Positions 39,545-53,553 are shown, counted from the stretch's first letter. The stretch: DNA of 64,000 bases from Camelus ferus (GCF_009834535.1 NC_045697.1:104224001-104288000); one strand, 5' to 3'. The notes: generated by a model from the letters alone, not told the origin. Numbers and translations: made by a program.

Positions 39545-40060
39545 AGAGGAAGGGAGGCAGACACTCTGCCGCCAGCCTCAAAGCCAGTGCTTCCCCTTGT
39601 TCCTTGCTATGTCACCCTAGGATTTCTTCCTGTGTTTACCACCCCCTTGCCGAGAGCTCAGAGAAGTCGGCGCTTCCCCCAGCCCCAGGGGCAGTCATGC
39701 TTGGTCTCTGTCAGTAATCCCCTTTGGCAGCTATTGATTCAAAGTAGGCATATTCTACCCTGAGAAGCTGTAAACCAGGAGAAAAGAGAGGTAACCTTCT
39801 GGGGATTTCTGGGCGATTTCCCTCACTGATCAGAAGAGGCACCAGGAGGGAATGGCCATGTCATGCTGGAGCTGCAGTGGTCAGCTTGGGACCATTAGGT
39901 GAGAAGCCTGAGCACCAAATCATTTGCAAAGCATGACGGAGAAAAAGAAAGCAAGGAGCTGGGTCCCCAGTGACCATGCTAACTGCTGAGTTAGCCCTGA
40001 AACTGCCCTCCCTCTGGAAGTCTGGTTCTATGAAATAACAGATCCTTCATTTTTTTACCG
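39545..40060 (+). mobile_element. MLT1K/L-like LTR inserted into a minus-strand MIR (~39455-39540 and ~40075-40165)
   Basis: cccagccccagggg...ctggagctgcag...ggagctgggtcc...ccctgaaactgcc; the MIR halves (atgtgtcaggtgctt...aatccccccaca / attatccccacttt..tgaggaaactgaggc) flank it. Confidence 0.65.
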
Positions 40061-40519
40061 TATGCTAAATGGGTCCCATATTATCCCCACTTTAGAGCTG
40101 AGGAAACTGAGGCATGGAATTTACAAACCAGGGTTCAAATTAAGCAGTCCATTTGCAGAGCATCAGGTATTTTCTTAAAAAAAAAACAAAAAACAAAATA
40201 ACATACCATCACCACCAGCACATCCTAAACCAAACCTCTCAGCTTCCTCTTACTAGCCAAGAAAAAAAAAAAAAAAAAAACAACTTTTTTTGTAATATCC
40301 CAGTAAGAAACATTCAGAAGTGAATATCTGAGCTATCATCCTGCTATTGTCCAAGTCATATTCAGATTAGCAGACCACAAAGTGGCACTGGGGAAAACTT
40401 TGCCTTCTCCAAATTAGAGTGTAAGATCCAAAGTATTGGTGAGATGCCTGTTAGATGAGACAATGGCCGTCATGGGAAGCAGCTGGGATGAAGGTGAAAA
40501 GGAGAATGGGGCACCTTTT

Positions 40520-40945
40520 CCATGCCATCCTCCACCACGCCCTTCACTCATGCTCCCCTGATCCTTCTAAACGAGGCTACTTGCCTTTCCCCAAACACAG
40601 GGAACCTTCATCTCATTCCTTGCTCAGTTAGTTCTTCTGCTACTGCTCTCTCCCCAGCTTGCCAGCCTAAATCTCACCCCTCCTGTAGGGCCTGGTTTTA
40701 ACACTCCCACCTCCCAGATGCCCCCCTCAGTTCATTTCCCTCTCCATTGCATCCTGGTGGCATCTGTATCATGTGTCGGCACCTGTATCTTGTCATCCTG
40801 CTTGATATTATTTTATTTGGATATATAAGCATATACCTGGCTTCCTTGCTCAGACTATACATGGAATGAAAGCAAGACCTGTGTTTTATTCATTTTACAA
40901 TCTCCAATGTCTACCACAGGCTTTCCACTAGGAACCTCAAAGAGG
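40520..40945 (+). mobile_element. L2 3' region
   Basis: ttccccaaacac...ccttgctca...cctcccagatgccccc...cctgtgttttattcatttt. Confidence 0.55.
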
Positions 40946-43109
40946 CGTTTGAGGTTTTTAAAAAATCAACCTCATGAATCCTCTGGCATGAGTGGAGGAC
41001 CTTTATGAAGAAACACATAGTCTATTCTTCCTACAACAAAGCTCCTTTGTTATTTTCCAATTGACATTTAAATAGTTACATTTTCGTTTTAACTTTAGAG
41101 GTACCAAAAGAGAGTAATTTTACAAAACATGATGCTATCTAAAATTAGGATTTTCAAAAGATTTCCCCAGGATTTATATTTCCTTTTTTTCCCACTTGCC
41201 AGTCCCTGCATCTCTCCATTCAGGGATGGAGGTAGGATACACGTACTGGATGGCGAACAGAGGAAAAAAAAGTCCTTTAAGGGCTATGCGAGGGCAGGTG
41301 GCAGAAATCAACTCTCTCCTGACAGTAATGCTCTGACAGCACAAAGAGGTTGAGAGAAGTGCTCAACTGTCAAAGGAAATCATTTAAGGAGCAGGGGCTC
41401 TGATTTCAAACCTGGACAGATAATGCTTTATAGCCTAATAAAGGAGGCTATCTAAGAGAAAGAGCCAGATCATCGCAGTTAATAGGAGCCACACAGCAGA
41501 GTCAGAAGAGCAGAGCAACTGAAGACAACCAGAGCCAATCTGACCATAAAAAGCAACTTTTCGAAAAACAATGAGCATCGGTCTGGTCAATTTTATAAGT
41601 CACATTAAATCCACTCATATTTTCACAGACCACAGCATTTCTCTATTTGTGAGTAACATTTCTCCGGGACTCGGTGTGCTGTGGCTTTCATACCCCTCTG
41701 CTCCTGGTCTATTCCCACTTGCATTGCTGGATGGCTGAATTAAAGAACTAGAAAGCAATATGGGGGAAGCAACATCCACAAATTTAAAATACTCTCTGCA
41801 GATCAGAGGGGTGCTATGCATTCCTCACATGCAATCCCAAGACATGGGGGTCATTGGCTCCATTTTGCAGATGAGATTGCTGGACCTGTGCGTTCATGTG
41901 CTTTCTCCAACCCATGAATCATGAGCTAGGGCCCCCAGGCAGAGGAGGCAGAGAGAGACCTGGTCACAAATGGATGGATGATGAGGGTTCATTTGCTGCG
42001 CACGGTAATGCTGTATTCAAATGACTAAGAACTTCACAGCCCTGCATTTGCTATTTAAAAAAAACAGTGAAGGAAATAATTCCTACCAAATGTGTACTCT
42101 TCATGGCAAAACCACTAAGCAGTCAACGCTAAAAAATAACTGTAACCCAAGTCAAAAAAACAAATGTAGTTGGGATAGATACCATTGGCCTTAAGATTCT
42201 AAGCAAACTCAAAGATGTAAATGGAGAGCCTTTGGACAATGTTTACCCTTGTCAATATAAATTCCTAAAGGATGATGTTGATCAATTACAAGGGTGACCA
42301 CCTAGAACAGAAAGGGGATCTAGAGGAGGCCTTCAAGGCTCACCTCCAAACTGGATGAGCTTGGGGAACCTAAAATAAACCATCCCTTAAGAATAACCTA
42401 TAGGAAAGGTTATCATTTCTGTAAGAGGATGGGGTGGGGAAATTATAATTGTTTCATTTACTAGAGATCTCTGATGTGAGAAACAGGCCATATAGATAAC
42501 AGTAAACAATACATGTGCTCCACCTCAAAGCCTTCAACAATACTGAGAGCAAGTACCTCTCAATGGCCAAGGAAATCAGGGTCTCAGAATTGTCAAGTAT
42601 GAAGAGATGTTGACATTTACCTAATTCAGCCCCTAATTTTATAAACTTGGAAACCACAGTCCAGAGATGGTTCTAGAACACCAGATTCTTCACATCCTGG
42701 CCAGTGTTCTTCTCTTTAAAGATGTTCTATAACACATCAGTTATAATCAGCTATGAAATACATACAACATAATAGACTATATACTTACTCTCCAAAAGTG
42801 GTTGTAGATGAGAACAAAAATTACCTCAAGCTTCCTTAGGGCCAGATCGGAGCTGCCTTTAACAGGCAAATATGTATTATGAATACCAAAATCAGGTTAT
42901 TTTAAGGGAACTCTAGAGCAAGTTTCAGCATCAGAAAAAGTGTACCAGAATATGCCAGAAGACAGAATCCTGATCTTTAAACAAAAGATTGGTCCCTCTG
43001 CCACAGAAATATAATATAACATTTTATTTATTCTTGCTCAAGAAAAAATTTAAAAAACAGAGAATTTTGGTGATCATGTGAAAAATAAACACAAGAGCAA
43101 TTATTCTCA

Positions 43110-43455
43110 TAATTCTCAATTCCTTGCTAGAAGAGGAAGGCTCCTTCAAACTGAGTAAGGTGAGTTAAGGACAAATAAACGAAAGTATTATTTTATCAGA
43201 AAATAATAAACCCATGGAGCTCATTACCATCAAAGAGGTACAGGCAAGGAATATAAATGGATTCATAAAGGTTTTAACCAAATTTATGAATGTCAGAGCC
43301 ATAAATGGCTACTGAGAGTACACCTGACCTTTAAGGTTAATGTCAGGAGGAAAACTATGTCCTTTCCTGGAAAACCCTTGAGGCCTCTGTTGTCAACACA
43401 ATCCTGAGTTGGATGGAACACCAGGCTTGCCCAGCAGAGCAGTCCCTAAATTCAT
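43110..43455 (+). mobile_element. CR1-clade LINE 3' end (Plat_L3/L3-like)
   Basis: Frameshifted translation LRTNKRKYYF / IINPWSSLP / EVQARNINGFIKVLTKFM matches the CR1 ORF2 C-terminus; followed by a CR1-like 3' UTR (ctgagttggatggaacac...cccagcagagcag). Confidence 0.75.
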
Positions 43456-43619
43456 TTTAACAAATGGGTGTCTGAGCCACATGAATGCTCAACTCCTCAG
43501 CATCAATGAAAATGTTCCATTTGAAATAGGATGTTTACTAAGTGCTCCTGTTGGACTTTCATATTTATGCCATCAGAGTTAAACAAGAGGAAAGATTTCG
43601 ATTTGAGGAATTAGAAGGA

Positions 43620-43790
43620 GGCAAGGTTCCAACCCAGGCCGTGCCAGTGTACAGGCCCTCATGCAAGTTACTGACCTTTCTGTGCTCAGTTTTCTCACGG
43701 GTGAAATGAGAAGACTCATATCTGTGCTGCAGGCATTTTGTCGAGAAAACCCTCTGCAAACCGAGAAAAGAAATTATATTGTTACTGCAG
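43620..43790 (+). mobile_element. MIR fragment
   Basis: gcaagttactgacctttctgtgctcagttttctca..gtgaaatgaga. Confidence 0.65.
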
Positions 43791-44729
43791 TGATAGTCAG
43801 TTTTAAGCACATATTAGTTATCTGGGGAGACGGTTTGTGAAATACATAAAGACAGCGCAATCCTTGCATCATTTTTCTGGAGAGAACTGATAAACATATC
43901 CAAAAAGTACTCAAGACGTAAGTCAAATGCAACTCCCCAAGGGAGAGTTTCTTTCTTCTCCACATTTCCAGAAAACTCTAGTCATATCTCAGTAAAGGCA
44001 CTCATTATTTATCTGCATACTTACCTCCTTCATTTACCTGTGAGCTCCTCTAGGATACAGACTTTGTTTCATTCATCTCTGAATCCCTAGTATTTATTAT
44101 AGTTCCTTGTATATAGTTAGCAATCAATAGATATTGAATAAATTACTTAATATGTGACTGATCCTGCTGTCTCTACTTCACAACAGTGGAGAAATGATCC
44201 AACTGTAAAATGCAATAATCAGATAGCGGCTAAGGTTCAAAATCCAGACTGACTCTCAGCTTTCCTAATTTCTAGATGCCAGTTTCTAACACCCTTAATT
44301 TGGAAATAATAGCATGTTGGTCCTATTTACATGGAAAATAAAAAGCAAGACATGAATCACAGGGTAGGAAAATCTTGACTAAGTGCACATACTTGAAATT
44401 CTAAAATTATATTCCTACCAACACAGATTGTACTCTTTAAAATAAGATGAATATAATATGATTCTTGGCCATAACATCAAATTTTAGGAAAGTACAAGAT
44501 TGCAGAGAGTCTGATAACTATCATCATTGTCAAAGAGAAAACTTCCAGCCTCATTATCTGCAGAATTCAATAAAGAGATCAAAATCGATATGAAAATGCA
44601 CAACTCAAATTTAGTTCATGACATGAACCAACAGTTGTAGACATTTAGATCTTTTTTAATGTCTAGGAAATGTTCTCTTCTCACTCATAAACTTAAAGTG
44701 TAAATAGGAAATTAAATAAATGTGCATGC

Positions 44730-47220
44730 CTACAATATAGAAAGAAATTATATACTATAACCAAAAGGGATATATCCCAGGTAAGCAAGGCTGGTTCAAC
44801 ATCCAAAAATCAGTTTAATGTAACCCATCACATCAACAGGCTAAAAATGAAAAATTACATGATCATGTCAATAAAGCAGAAAACACATTGACAAAATCCA
44901 ATGCCCATCATGATAAAAAGTCTCAGTAAATTAGGAATGGGGGAGAAATTCCCCAACTTGATCAAGAACATTTACAAAATACCTACAACTAACATCATAC
45001 ATAATGATGGGCAATTAGAAGCTTTCCCATGAAGATCAGGAACAAAGCAAGGATGGTCCCCTCACCCAAAGTTCTCGCTAATGAAATAAGACAAGATAAG
45101 AAAAGGTACATAGATTAGAAAGAAAGAAATAAAATCATCTTTGTGCACTGATGACGTGATCATCTCTGTAGAAAATCTGAAAGAATCAACAACAAAAAAT
45201 TCCTGGAACTAACAAGAGATTATAATATGGTTTCAGGGTACAAGGTTAATATACAAAAGTCAATTTCTTTCTTGTGTATCAGCAGTAAACAAGTAGAATT
45301 TGAAATTTAAAACAAAATGCCATCTACATTATCACCACGAAAAAGGAGACACTTGGGTATAAAGCTAAGAAAATAGGAACAAGATCTATATAAGAAAAAC
45401 TACAAAATTCTGATGAATGAAGTCGAAGAACTAAGTAAATGAAGAGATATTTTATGTTCATGGATAGGAAGATGTCAGTCTTTCCCAACTCGATCAATAC
45501 AATCAAAATCAAAATCCCAACAAGTTATTTTGTGGATATCAACAAATTGATTCTAAAGTTTATATTAGGGATAAAAGATCCAGAAAAGCCAGCACAATAC
45601 TGAAAAAGAACAAAGTTGGAGCACTGACACTACCCATCTTCAAGGCTTACTATAAAACCACAGTAATCAAAATAGTATGCTGTTGATGAAAGAAGAGACA
45701 AATAGATCAGTGGAATAGAGTAAAGAGCCCAGAAACAGAACTCCATAAATATAGTCAATTAACATCCTGACAAAGGAGCAAATGTAACACAATGGGGAAA
45801 AGATAATCTTTTAAACCAACTGTGCTGGAACAACTGGACATCCACCTACAAAAAGATGGATCTAGACACAGACCTTACGCCCTTCACAAAAGTTAACTCA
45901 AAATGGAGCATAGACCTAAATGTAACATGTAAAACTATACAGTTTCTAGAAGCTAACATAAAAGAACATCTAGATGACCTTGGGTATGACTTTTTAGATA
46001 TAACCCCAAAGGTATGGTCTATGAAAGAAATAACTAATAAGCTGGACTCTATTAAAATTAAGAATTTCTGCTCTGTGAAGGAAAAAAGTCATAAGGATGA
46101 GAAGACAAACCATAGACTAGGAGAAAATGTTCACAAAAGGCACATCTGATAAAGGATGGTTATCCAAATATACAAAGAGCACTCAAAACTCAACAATAAG
46201 AAAACAAAGAACCCAAATAAAAAATGGGCCAAGTGCCTGAACAGACATCTCACCGAAGAAGATATACAGATGGCAAATAAGCATATAAAAAGTGCTCCAA
46301 ATCACATGTCATCATGGAAATGCAAATTAAAACGACAAGGAGATACAAGTGCATACCTGTTAAAAGTGGCCAAAAATCCAACACTGACAATACCAAATGT
46401 GGATGAGGACAGGGAGCAACAGGAACTCTCATTTAGTGCTGGTAGAAATGCAAAATGGTGAAGATGTTTGGAAGACATTTTTGCAGTTTCTTACAAAACT
46501 AAACATACCCTTATCATATAGTCCAGCAATCACATGCTTTGGTATTTACCCAAAGGGGTTGAAAACTTATGTCCACACAAAAACCTGCACACAAACACTT
46601 ATGGCAGCTTTATTCATAATTGCTAGAACCTGGAAGCAACCAAAATGTCCTTCAGTAGGTGAAAGGATACACTGTAGTACATCCAGGCAGTGGAATATTA
46701 CTCAGCGCTAGAAAGAAATAAGCTATCAAGCCATGACAAGACATGGAGGAAACTTAAACTCATATTGCTAAGTGAAAGAAGCCAATTGGAAAAAGCTACG
46801 TACTGAAACATTCCAATATTCTGGAAATAGACAAAAGTATGGAGACAGTATAAGGATCAGTGGGGCCAAGAATTAGAGGTGGGGGAGTAGGGAGGATGAA
46901 TAGGCAGAGCACAGACGATTTTCAGGCAGTGAAACTTCTCTCTCTGATACTCTAATGATGGATACATGTCATTACACATTTGTCCAAGCCCATAGAATGT
47001 ACAAGACCAAGGGTGAAACATCATTAAACTACAGACTTTGAGTGATTACGATGTGTCATGTAGGTTCATTGATTATAACAAATGGACCTCTCTGGTGGGG
47101 GTGTTGCTGATGGGGGAGGCTATGCACGTGTGGGGGCAGGGGGACAAGGGAAAATCTCTATACTTTCCTTTCAATCTTGCTGTGAACCTAAAACTTCCCT
47201 AAAAAAAATTAAGTCTGACA
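44730..47220 (+). mobile_element. L1MC1-like element, 5'-truncated (~2.5 kb of ORF2 RT/C-terminus and 3' UTR), disrupted
   Basis: ORF pieces [55 protein letters not shown]; 3' UTR ggatacatgtcattacacatttgtc...tgctgtgaacctaaaact. Confidence 0.92.
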
Positions 47221-48369
47221 TAAATAAGCAAGCACATATATAGGTGTGCGTAGTGTGTGTGTAAAATTCTTTTCTCAGTTAACAGCAGCTGAAAGGATAA
47301 GAGTGAAACTGTCAATAGGCCACTGGACACTAGCGTTCTTCCTGCCCGTCCCCAGAGGCCAGCCCAGCCCCATCAATGCCTTTGCACGGGCAACCTCAGG
47401 CCAGTTTTACTAAGCACTTTCCGTTTGGCAGTTGCAGCTTTGGGTGCAAAGCTGACCCTCCGCTCCTCTGAATTCTGAAATGCTATCCACTAATATAATG
47501 GTCTTTCTTGTCACAACGCCTGTCATGAATGTTTATTTCCCATCTACTCTTCCTTAGCTTATCCACAGCCAGACTGGCTTGGCCACCCTCAGATTTCAGC
47601 CTTTTTATTCCTGAGCCCAAATTTACATGGGTAGTTAATAATACTGTGACTTACTCTGACCAAGAACACAAATATAGCTCTTCCAACTCTCTGCATCAAA
47701 AATACATCCTACACGAAACTTATTGTCATTATTTCCCGCTGTCAATCTCATACTGGAATAGGCGACACTGCTCTACTTTTGTCATGGTGAAAAGTTTATC
47801 CTGCAAATTTTCGGTGTCTTAGGTCTTCCGTGAATGGCTGTGCTCATCTCATGTGTGCTCCTAGGCATCTCCAGGGCTCTGCATTTAACTCTGCACTTCT
47901 AAAAGCAGCTGTACAGAGATAATATTAATGTTATTGCAACAGACAGGCAGAGCCTCATTTCTCTCTGCTTTGACTGAAAATGCTTGTTCGTCGTCGAAAA
48001 TGTGCAGACGTTGGCATTTTTGTGTGAGGTCTGAACATGTGTGGGTCCAGCTATTGGCAGCAGGAAGAAATAAGACACAAATGCCAGATAGTTTGGTTTG
48101 GGAAAAAATAACCGGTCAAAATTAACTGGTGATCCACATTCTTTAAAATTATTTTCCCAAAGGATCCTCTATTCTGAAGCTGGATAAAACTCTTGAACTC
48201 ACTCTCAGTTCTGAGATGAAGTTGCTTGGAAGGGTGGGTGATCTGAAGATCATTTATCTCCCAGAATAGCTACTTACCTAGACATGTTGCGTGTTTTAAA
48301 TTCTGGATATAACTGCTGAGCGTATTTTAAATTTTTGAAGACCCGATTTAGAATTCATAGTAGGGAGAA

Positions 48370-48595
48370 ACTAGTAGAAAGATGATTGAATTTGGAGTCA
48401 AATTCCAGTCTCTGCTACTAACTAGTTATGCTTAATGCATCCCTAAGCCTCAGTTTCCTCCACTGAATAATGGTGGTAGTAACATCTGCTCTGACCAGGT
48501 CGTAGTCATGGGGCTGTTTAAAGATCTAGAGATGAAAGCACATGGGAATGAGCTGTATAAACCTCCAGGGCGGTGGAATCTTAGCTGTTCTCGTC
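48370..48595 (+). mobile_element. MIR SINE
   Basis: tttggagtca...ctctgctactaactag...agcctcagtttcctc. Confidence 0.7.
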
Positions 48596-50034
48596 ATCTA
48601 AAACAGAAGTTCCTAAAAAAAATAAATAAATAACAACTTACAGGGAACCTATTAATGGCCCTGGTGGAACGTGCACCCTAGGTTTTCTTAGATCATCCAA
48701 ATTGCAACTTTCATTTTGTTGGGTTGTCTGTTAGCTTAATTCTCCTTATATTTTCTCATTCTTATCCCCAAACAATTCAGCCCTAAACAGAGTTGTCTTA
48801 CAGTAAGAAATAATATTCAGGAAAATATTCAGGGCAAAACAATGGTAAATTACATCATAAATTTTCATCATGAACATTGGCAACAAGGAGTGCAGGAGAA
48901 AATCATGGGTTTATCGCCATCCCATCAGTTTGACTAACAGTGGTGGACATGCTGAGACAATACTGATTCTTCACTTTCTGTTTCCACTCAGTGCTTCCAC
49001 GGAGGCCTGAACGACCCTGGACCTACTAACGAGGATGCCCCCTTCCCACCAGCCTCCTTCCACGACTGCTGGATCGGCTGGCTGACTCGAAGCTCTCGGA
49101 GGTCAGTGATGTCCTCTTTCTAGCTGACTTCTGGATGCTCTGGACCAGCTCAGCTCCCCAGACACAGGAGAAACAGGGTGGACACTGGCTGTGTAAGTGA
49201 GGAAGGCTGATAGGCCTTAAAGACCCACATAATAGATTCAGAAACCTTTTAAAAGCAGAGGGAGAGCAGGTACCTCGCAGAGGTCTAAGGATTACCATGC
49301 ATCGCACTAAAATACCTTACGTCTTTATTTCTAGGCTATTATTCCATCTCAGACAGAAGCAGTTCACGCTGCAACAGACAAGTGCTATAACCACTAAGCG
49401 AAACTACACGTCTATAATCTTTGTGTTCATTACCAAGTAGTAATGACCATGGACATATAATGATTGATTAGAACTTTTAAAAATAACCATGCTATCGCAT
49501 AGCCATGAACATGAACCTATGGCGTTATAATATAAAACAACTCAGGCCCGAGCAGACACAAATTCCAGTTAAAACCCTACAGTCAGTAAGAGCTGCTGTT
49601 GAAGAGATGAATTTCTTTAGCTCATCTGCCACTGTTCATACCATGCAGCTGACTTCAGTGCTACAAAACCTTGGAATCATTGACGAAAAATGTGCAGCAC
49701 TGAAATCATAAGAACCAGAGTCCAGATAGATATAGGTTTCCTTCCAAATGGACGATCTGCTAGTCACATGACACGGGACAAGTCACTTTGGTCTCTTCGA
49801 TTCAGCCTGTCTATACGTTGAACTTCCTGAGTTGTGGTGGGGTTGAAAAATGTTGATGATAGAGAGTCAAGTTTTATCAACTCTGAGTTCTCATTCTGTT
49901 AGGGGTGGATTAAGTCAGGAATTGGTTTTTATTTGGGTTATTTTATTGTTTCTTCACTGGTACTTTTATTTTCAAGACTATTAAGAGCACTTATGACTCC
50001 AAACTCTGAGATCTTTGTAATAAAATGACCCACC

Positions 50035-50071
50035 ACAAAAAATAATAATAAAATAAAGTCGAATAAAATAA
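50035..50071 (+). mobile_element. Tail-only A-rich retroinsertion with 16-bp TSD
   Basis: aataaaatgacccacc at 50019-50034 and 50072-50087 flanking a 37-bp A-rich tract. Confidence 0.7.
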
Positions 50072-51414
50072 AATAAAATGACCCACCCCAATGGTATGGC
50101 ATTCTCTTCAGGTGTATGTCATTTTATCACTAAACGTTCATAGGCACTTTACAAACGTACCTTCAGACGTGTTTTAGTTTTGAGGACACGCTGTGATCAC
50201 TAGCAATGAAAAAGCAAAATTCTAAATATGGACATGGAGGGATGGGTAGCCTCCCTGCTCGAGTATTCAGACGCCGAAAGCCCAGCAAACTTGGGCCAGG
50301 GCGGGTCTCTTTCGAAGGCGATGGCTCAGCCACGGAATCTGGAGCAAGCGGCCAGCTAATGTGAAATTCTTTTCATCTTCCCTCAACACTCCTGTGCGAA
50401 CCAGGAGGATTTCTGAGAGGCACAGAGATCTCAGTTGTTGCAGCCAGACTGCTTTCTAGTTTGAGCTCAGGAGAGGAAGGGCAATTTCGTGTTAAACAGA
50501 CACACAAGATAACAGGGCAGGGTGGGAGCTGATAGCCCGAAATACATATGCAAACCCTCCCTTGGAAGCTTGCATTTCACTATCTTGTACAAAGTTAATG
50601 GAAACCAAGGAACTACCATTCCAGAGTCGTCACCCCCTTTAATCCTTAATAACCAAATAAAAATGGGCAGCCTGTATTCGGGAGCAGCTCCAGCAAGCAG
50701 ATCTCCAGGAAACAAGGCTCCCCACAGACCTTCCCTTGATCTTAAAGCTTAACTTGAAACATTTATATGCACGGAGCACCTGGCCAGGAGATGCGAGGAG
50801 GGCTTTTTTTTCACCTTGGCTCTATTTCTTTCTTGAATAATAAATTCTCAGGGTTTCCCCTCCTCCTCTTCCTGGAAACTGATTTCATTCTAAATAATGT
50901 TTTTTGTTCTTTCTTAATAGTTTAAGAAAAGCAAGACAAACTTGAAAACCCCCCCATTAGCACCCACCAGGTTCCCTGCCTGCCTGATGGTACCACCTTC
51001 GCTCTAAGGAAGATAAAGCCCAAGTCAGCATCGGTTAATTCCAACCAGGTTGAGAACTTCTTTTGTTTGACTTCAAAGCGCTCAGGTTATCCTATTATGC
51101 AATTGAGTATCACCTGGCTACTCAAGTCTGTCTCACACACCCTTGCTGGGTGAGGAAGAGATAAACTCTATAAACTGTTCTGACTGCACCGGCTTAAACA
51201 TCCAGGTGTCTGAATTACAGTCAGATGCTTACCAAAGGAGGAGAGCCGGGGTTGGTCCTAAAACAGTAAGGCCATCTGGGTCACATCCTCAACAAGGATA
51301 TAATGCGCTCGATGGCGAAAACACTCAGAAGAGCCTGCTCTGTGGTCTTTCTCCCGAAGCAGGTCACACCCGTGACAAAAATCCTTACAGCTCTTTAGAA
51401 ATGAATGTATTTAG

Positions 51415-51560
51415 GATTGCACAAGGGAGTTTGGGGCAGCAATGAAACTGTTCTGTATCATAATCATGTGATGGTTATATGATCTGTACAATGTATTAAA
51501 ATTCAAAATAAACAGAAATGTACACCCCCCCAAAAAAGAAATTAATGTATTTAGAAAAAA
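51415..51560 (+). mobile_element. Old L1 (L1MD/ME-type) 3' terminal fragment
   Basis: gcacaagggagt...tgaaactgttctgtatc...gtgatggttat...gaaatgtacac. Confidence 0.6.
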
Positions 51561-51819
51561 GAGCACTAGTTCATAAGTACCCTCTCTTCTCTTTCTTCCA
51601 CTTTTCTTTCCTTTCTTTCTCTCCATCTTCATTCCATGCAATATACTTGAGAAGACTAACCAAAAGACACACAATGCAAAAGCATGTGATAAAGAGCTGA
51701 AATTAAAGCAAAGGGGAAAACAGGTTTTTAAAAAGCCAAAGAAAATATTCCAAAATATACAAATGAAGACCATTCGCTCCTATATGGTTGCTGGGAGGTG
51801 GAAGGTATATATTTGACTC

Positions 51820-52430
51820 TGTGGATGCCGCGACCTGGTCCAGAACCCATCGTCGCCCAATCCATTTCCCCGCCTCCAGCCTCACCCCCACTGATCCCAT
51901 TCTCCATGCCTGCGTGATACCTCTAAAAAGCAAATCAGATCAGGTCTTATTCCTGCTTACAGCATGCTGATGGCTTCCTGCAGTATTTAGGATAATATCA
52001 GAACTCCTCCCTGTCGCTTACAAGGCTCTCGTGACCCAGCCCCTCACTGCTCTCAACCTCATCTCTGTCCTTCTCAGCCCCCCGGCCACTCTACCCTCTG
52101 GCCACATGGAACCTTGGTCAACAATTCGGGTGTGCCCTTCCCTGCACAGAGTTGCCAGCGAGGCTCTTCTGCCTCTCCTCTGCGTGAACTTACACCTGCT
52201 CTTCCTCCAGTTCTGGGTTCATCCCCAGTTCTGATGATCCTGAACCTCCCTCATTATGGCATCTACCAACGCTTGACCATTTACTGAATAGCCCACGTGT
52301 GCTGTCTGATAATGCACTCTCTGAGAATAGGGACTGGGTGTAAGTCGTTCTGTATTTTATTCCCAACAGCTAACACAGTACCTGACACATTATTGCTTAA
52401 CTCTATGTTATCGTTTGTTGCATGAATAAG
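51820..52430 (+). mobile_element. L2 3' region
   Basis: gcaaatcagatca...cctgctta...tggcttcc...acagtacctgacaca...ttgttgcatgaat. Confidence 0.75.
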
Positions 52431-52670
52431 TAATAATAATCACTGACATCTATTAAGCATTTACCATGGGCCATTCAAGATGCCCAATGTTTCACCTTCA
52501 TTATCTTTGTGAACATAGTCAACTCTCACAGTAAAGCCATAGGAAGACTATTATCACCTGCATCTTACAGATGAGGAAACCGAGGCTTCCAGGGGCTAAG
52601 TGCAGGTGCTAAGCCACCAACCTGGGCCTTTCTGGTTCTCAAGTTTAAGCTCTAATCACCACTCTATTCT
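52431..52670 (-). mobile_element. MIR SINE
   Basis: taataatcactgacatctattaagcatttaccatg...ttacagatgaggaaaccgaggct. Confidence 0.8.
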
Positions 52671-53507
52671 ACTTTCTGGTGACAAATGATGCTTCCTAAC
52701 AGCCTGATCAAAAAGGAAATACTCAGTGACAAGACTCACAGCATTGGAAAAAACACACACACACCAAATCTGGAGGAGAATCATGGCTTTCTCCTGGATT
52801 CTGCAGCTTTAAAGCTATCTTCCCCTGGGTCGTGTCAGAGCATCCCCAGTGGCCTGATTTTGTGGATGGCAGCCTGAGAGTCCTGCAGTGAGTAGAACAG
52901 CAGATTTCATGGAGCCGTTTCCTGGGGACAATACAAGCCAGCGGCACCACACGAAAGTGGAATTCACCAAGGTCCAGCCTCCAACAGGTGAGACACACAG
53001 TCCTCTGCTGATCTGGTTCAAATCAAGGGGTTATTTAAGTTACCAAAACCAAGCCCAGCAAATATTCATGTTGTCACTTCAAGACTGCCTTCCCCTTGAG
53101 AAGAGTGAGGAAGAGGAGTGTTAGTGGGAAAGACCCAGCTTGACCTAGGCAGGCCATGACCTAGAATAGGGTGCAGGGAAACCGCCTTGGCCAGCACGGC
53201 CTCGCGGAGAGTTCTCTGAAAGGCACCCATATCTGGGGACGGCTTCTTCCTCTGGAACCTGGAGAGCCCAGTGTCACAAGGCTCCTTTCTGCTCTGATGT
53301 TTCCTAGTTGTCAAGGCTGGTCTCCTCTGAGTGCCATGTTGTGTGGTTTTGTTTAGAAGTTAACACCCTGCTCCCTCTGTCCAAAAGTCTGGATTTGTTT
53401 GAGTCTCAGCCATTAAGGAGTGAGAAGGAATTAGCCAAGGAATTCTGGCTATCAGCTACCCCCTGCTTATGTCTGCTGCCCCAGAGGCAAAAAGCCGTTG
53501 GCCACAG

Positions 53508-53513
<6 letters not shown>

Positions 53514-53544
<31 letters not shown>

Positions 53545-53553
53545 TACACACAC
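53514..53553. repeat. (CA)n microsatellite
   Basis: Direct. Confidence 0.95.

Noticed and set aside
40933..40956. 9-bp hairpin aacctcaaa/tttgaggtt
   Set aside because: Too short for a miRNA or MITE; it lies at the end of an L2 and is at chance level.
45856..46711. Cluster of plus-strand ORFs as a host gene
   Set aside because: They are frameshifted pieces of L1MC1 ORF2.
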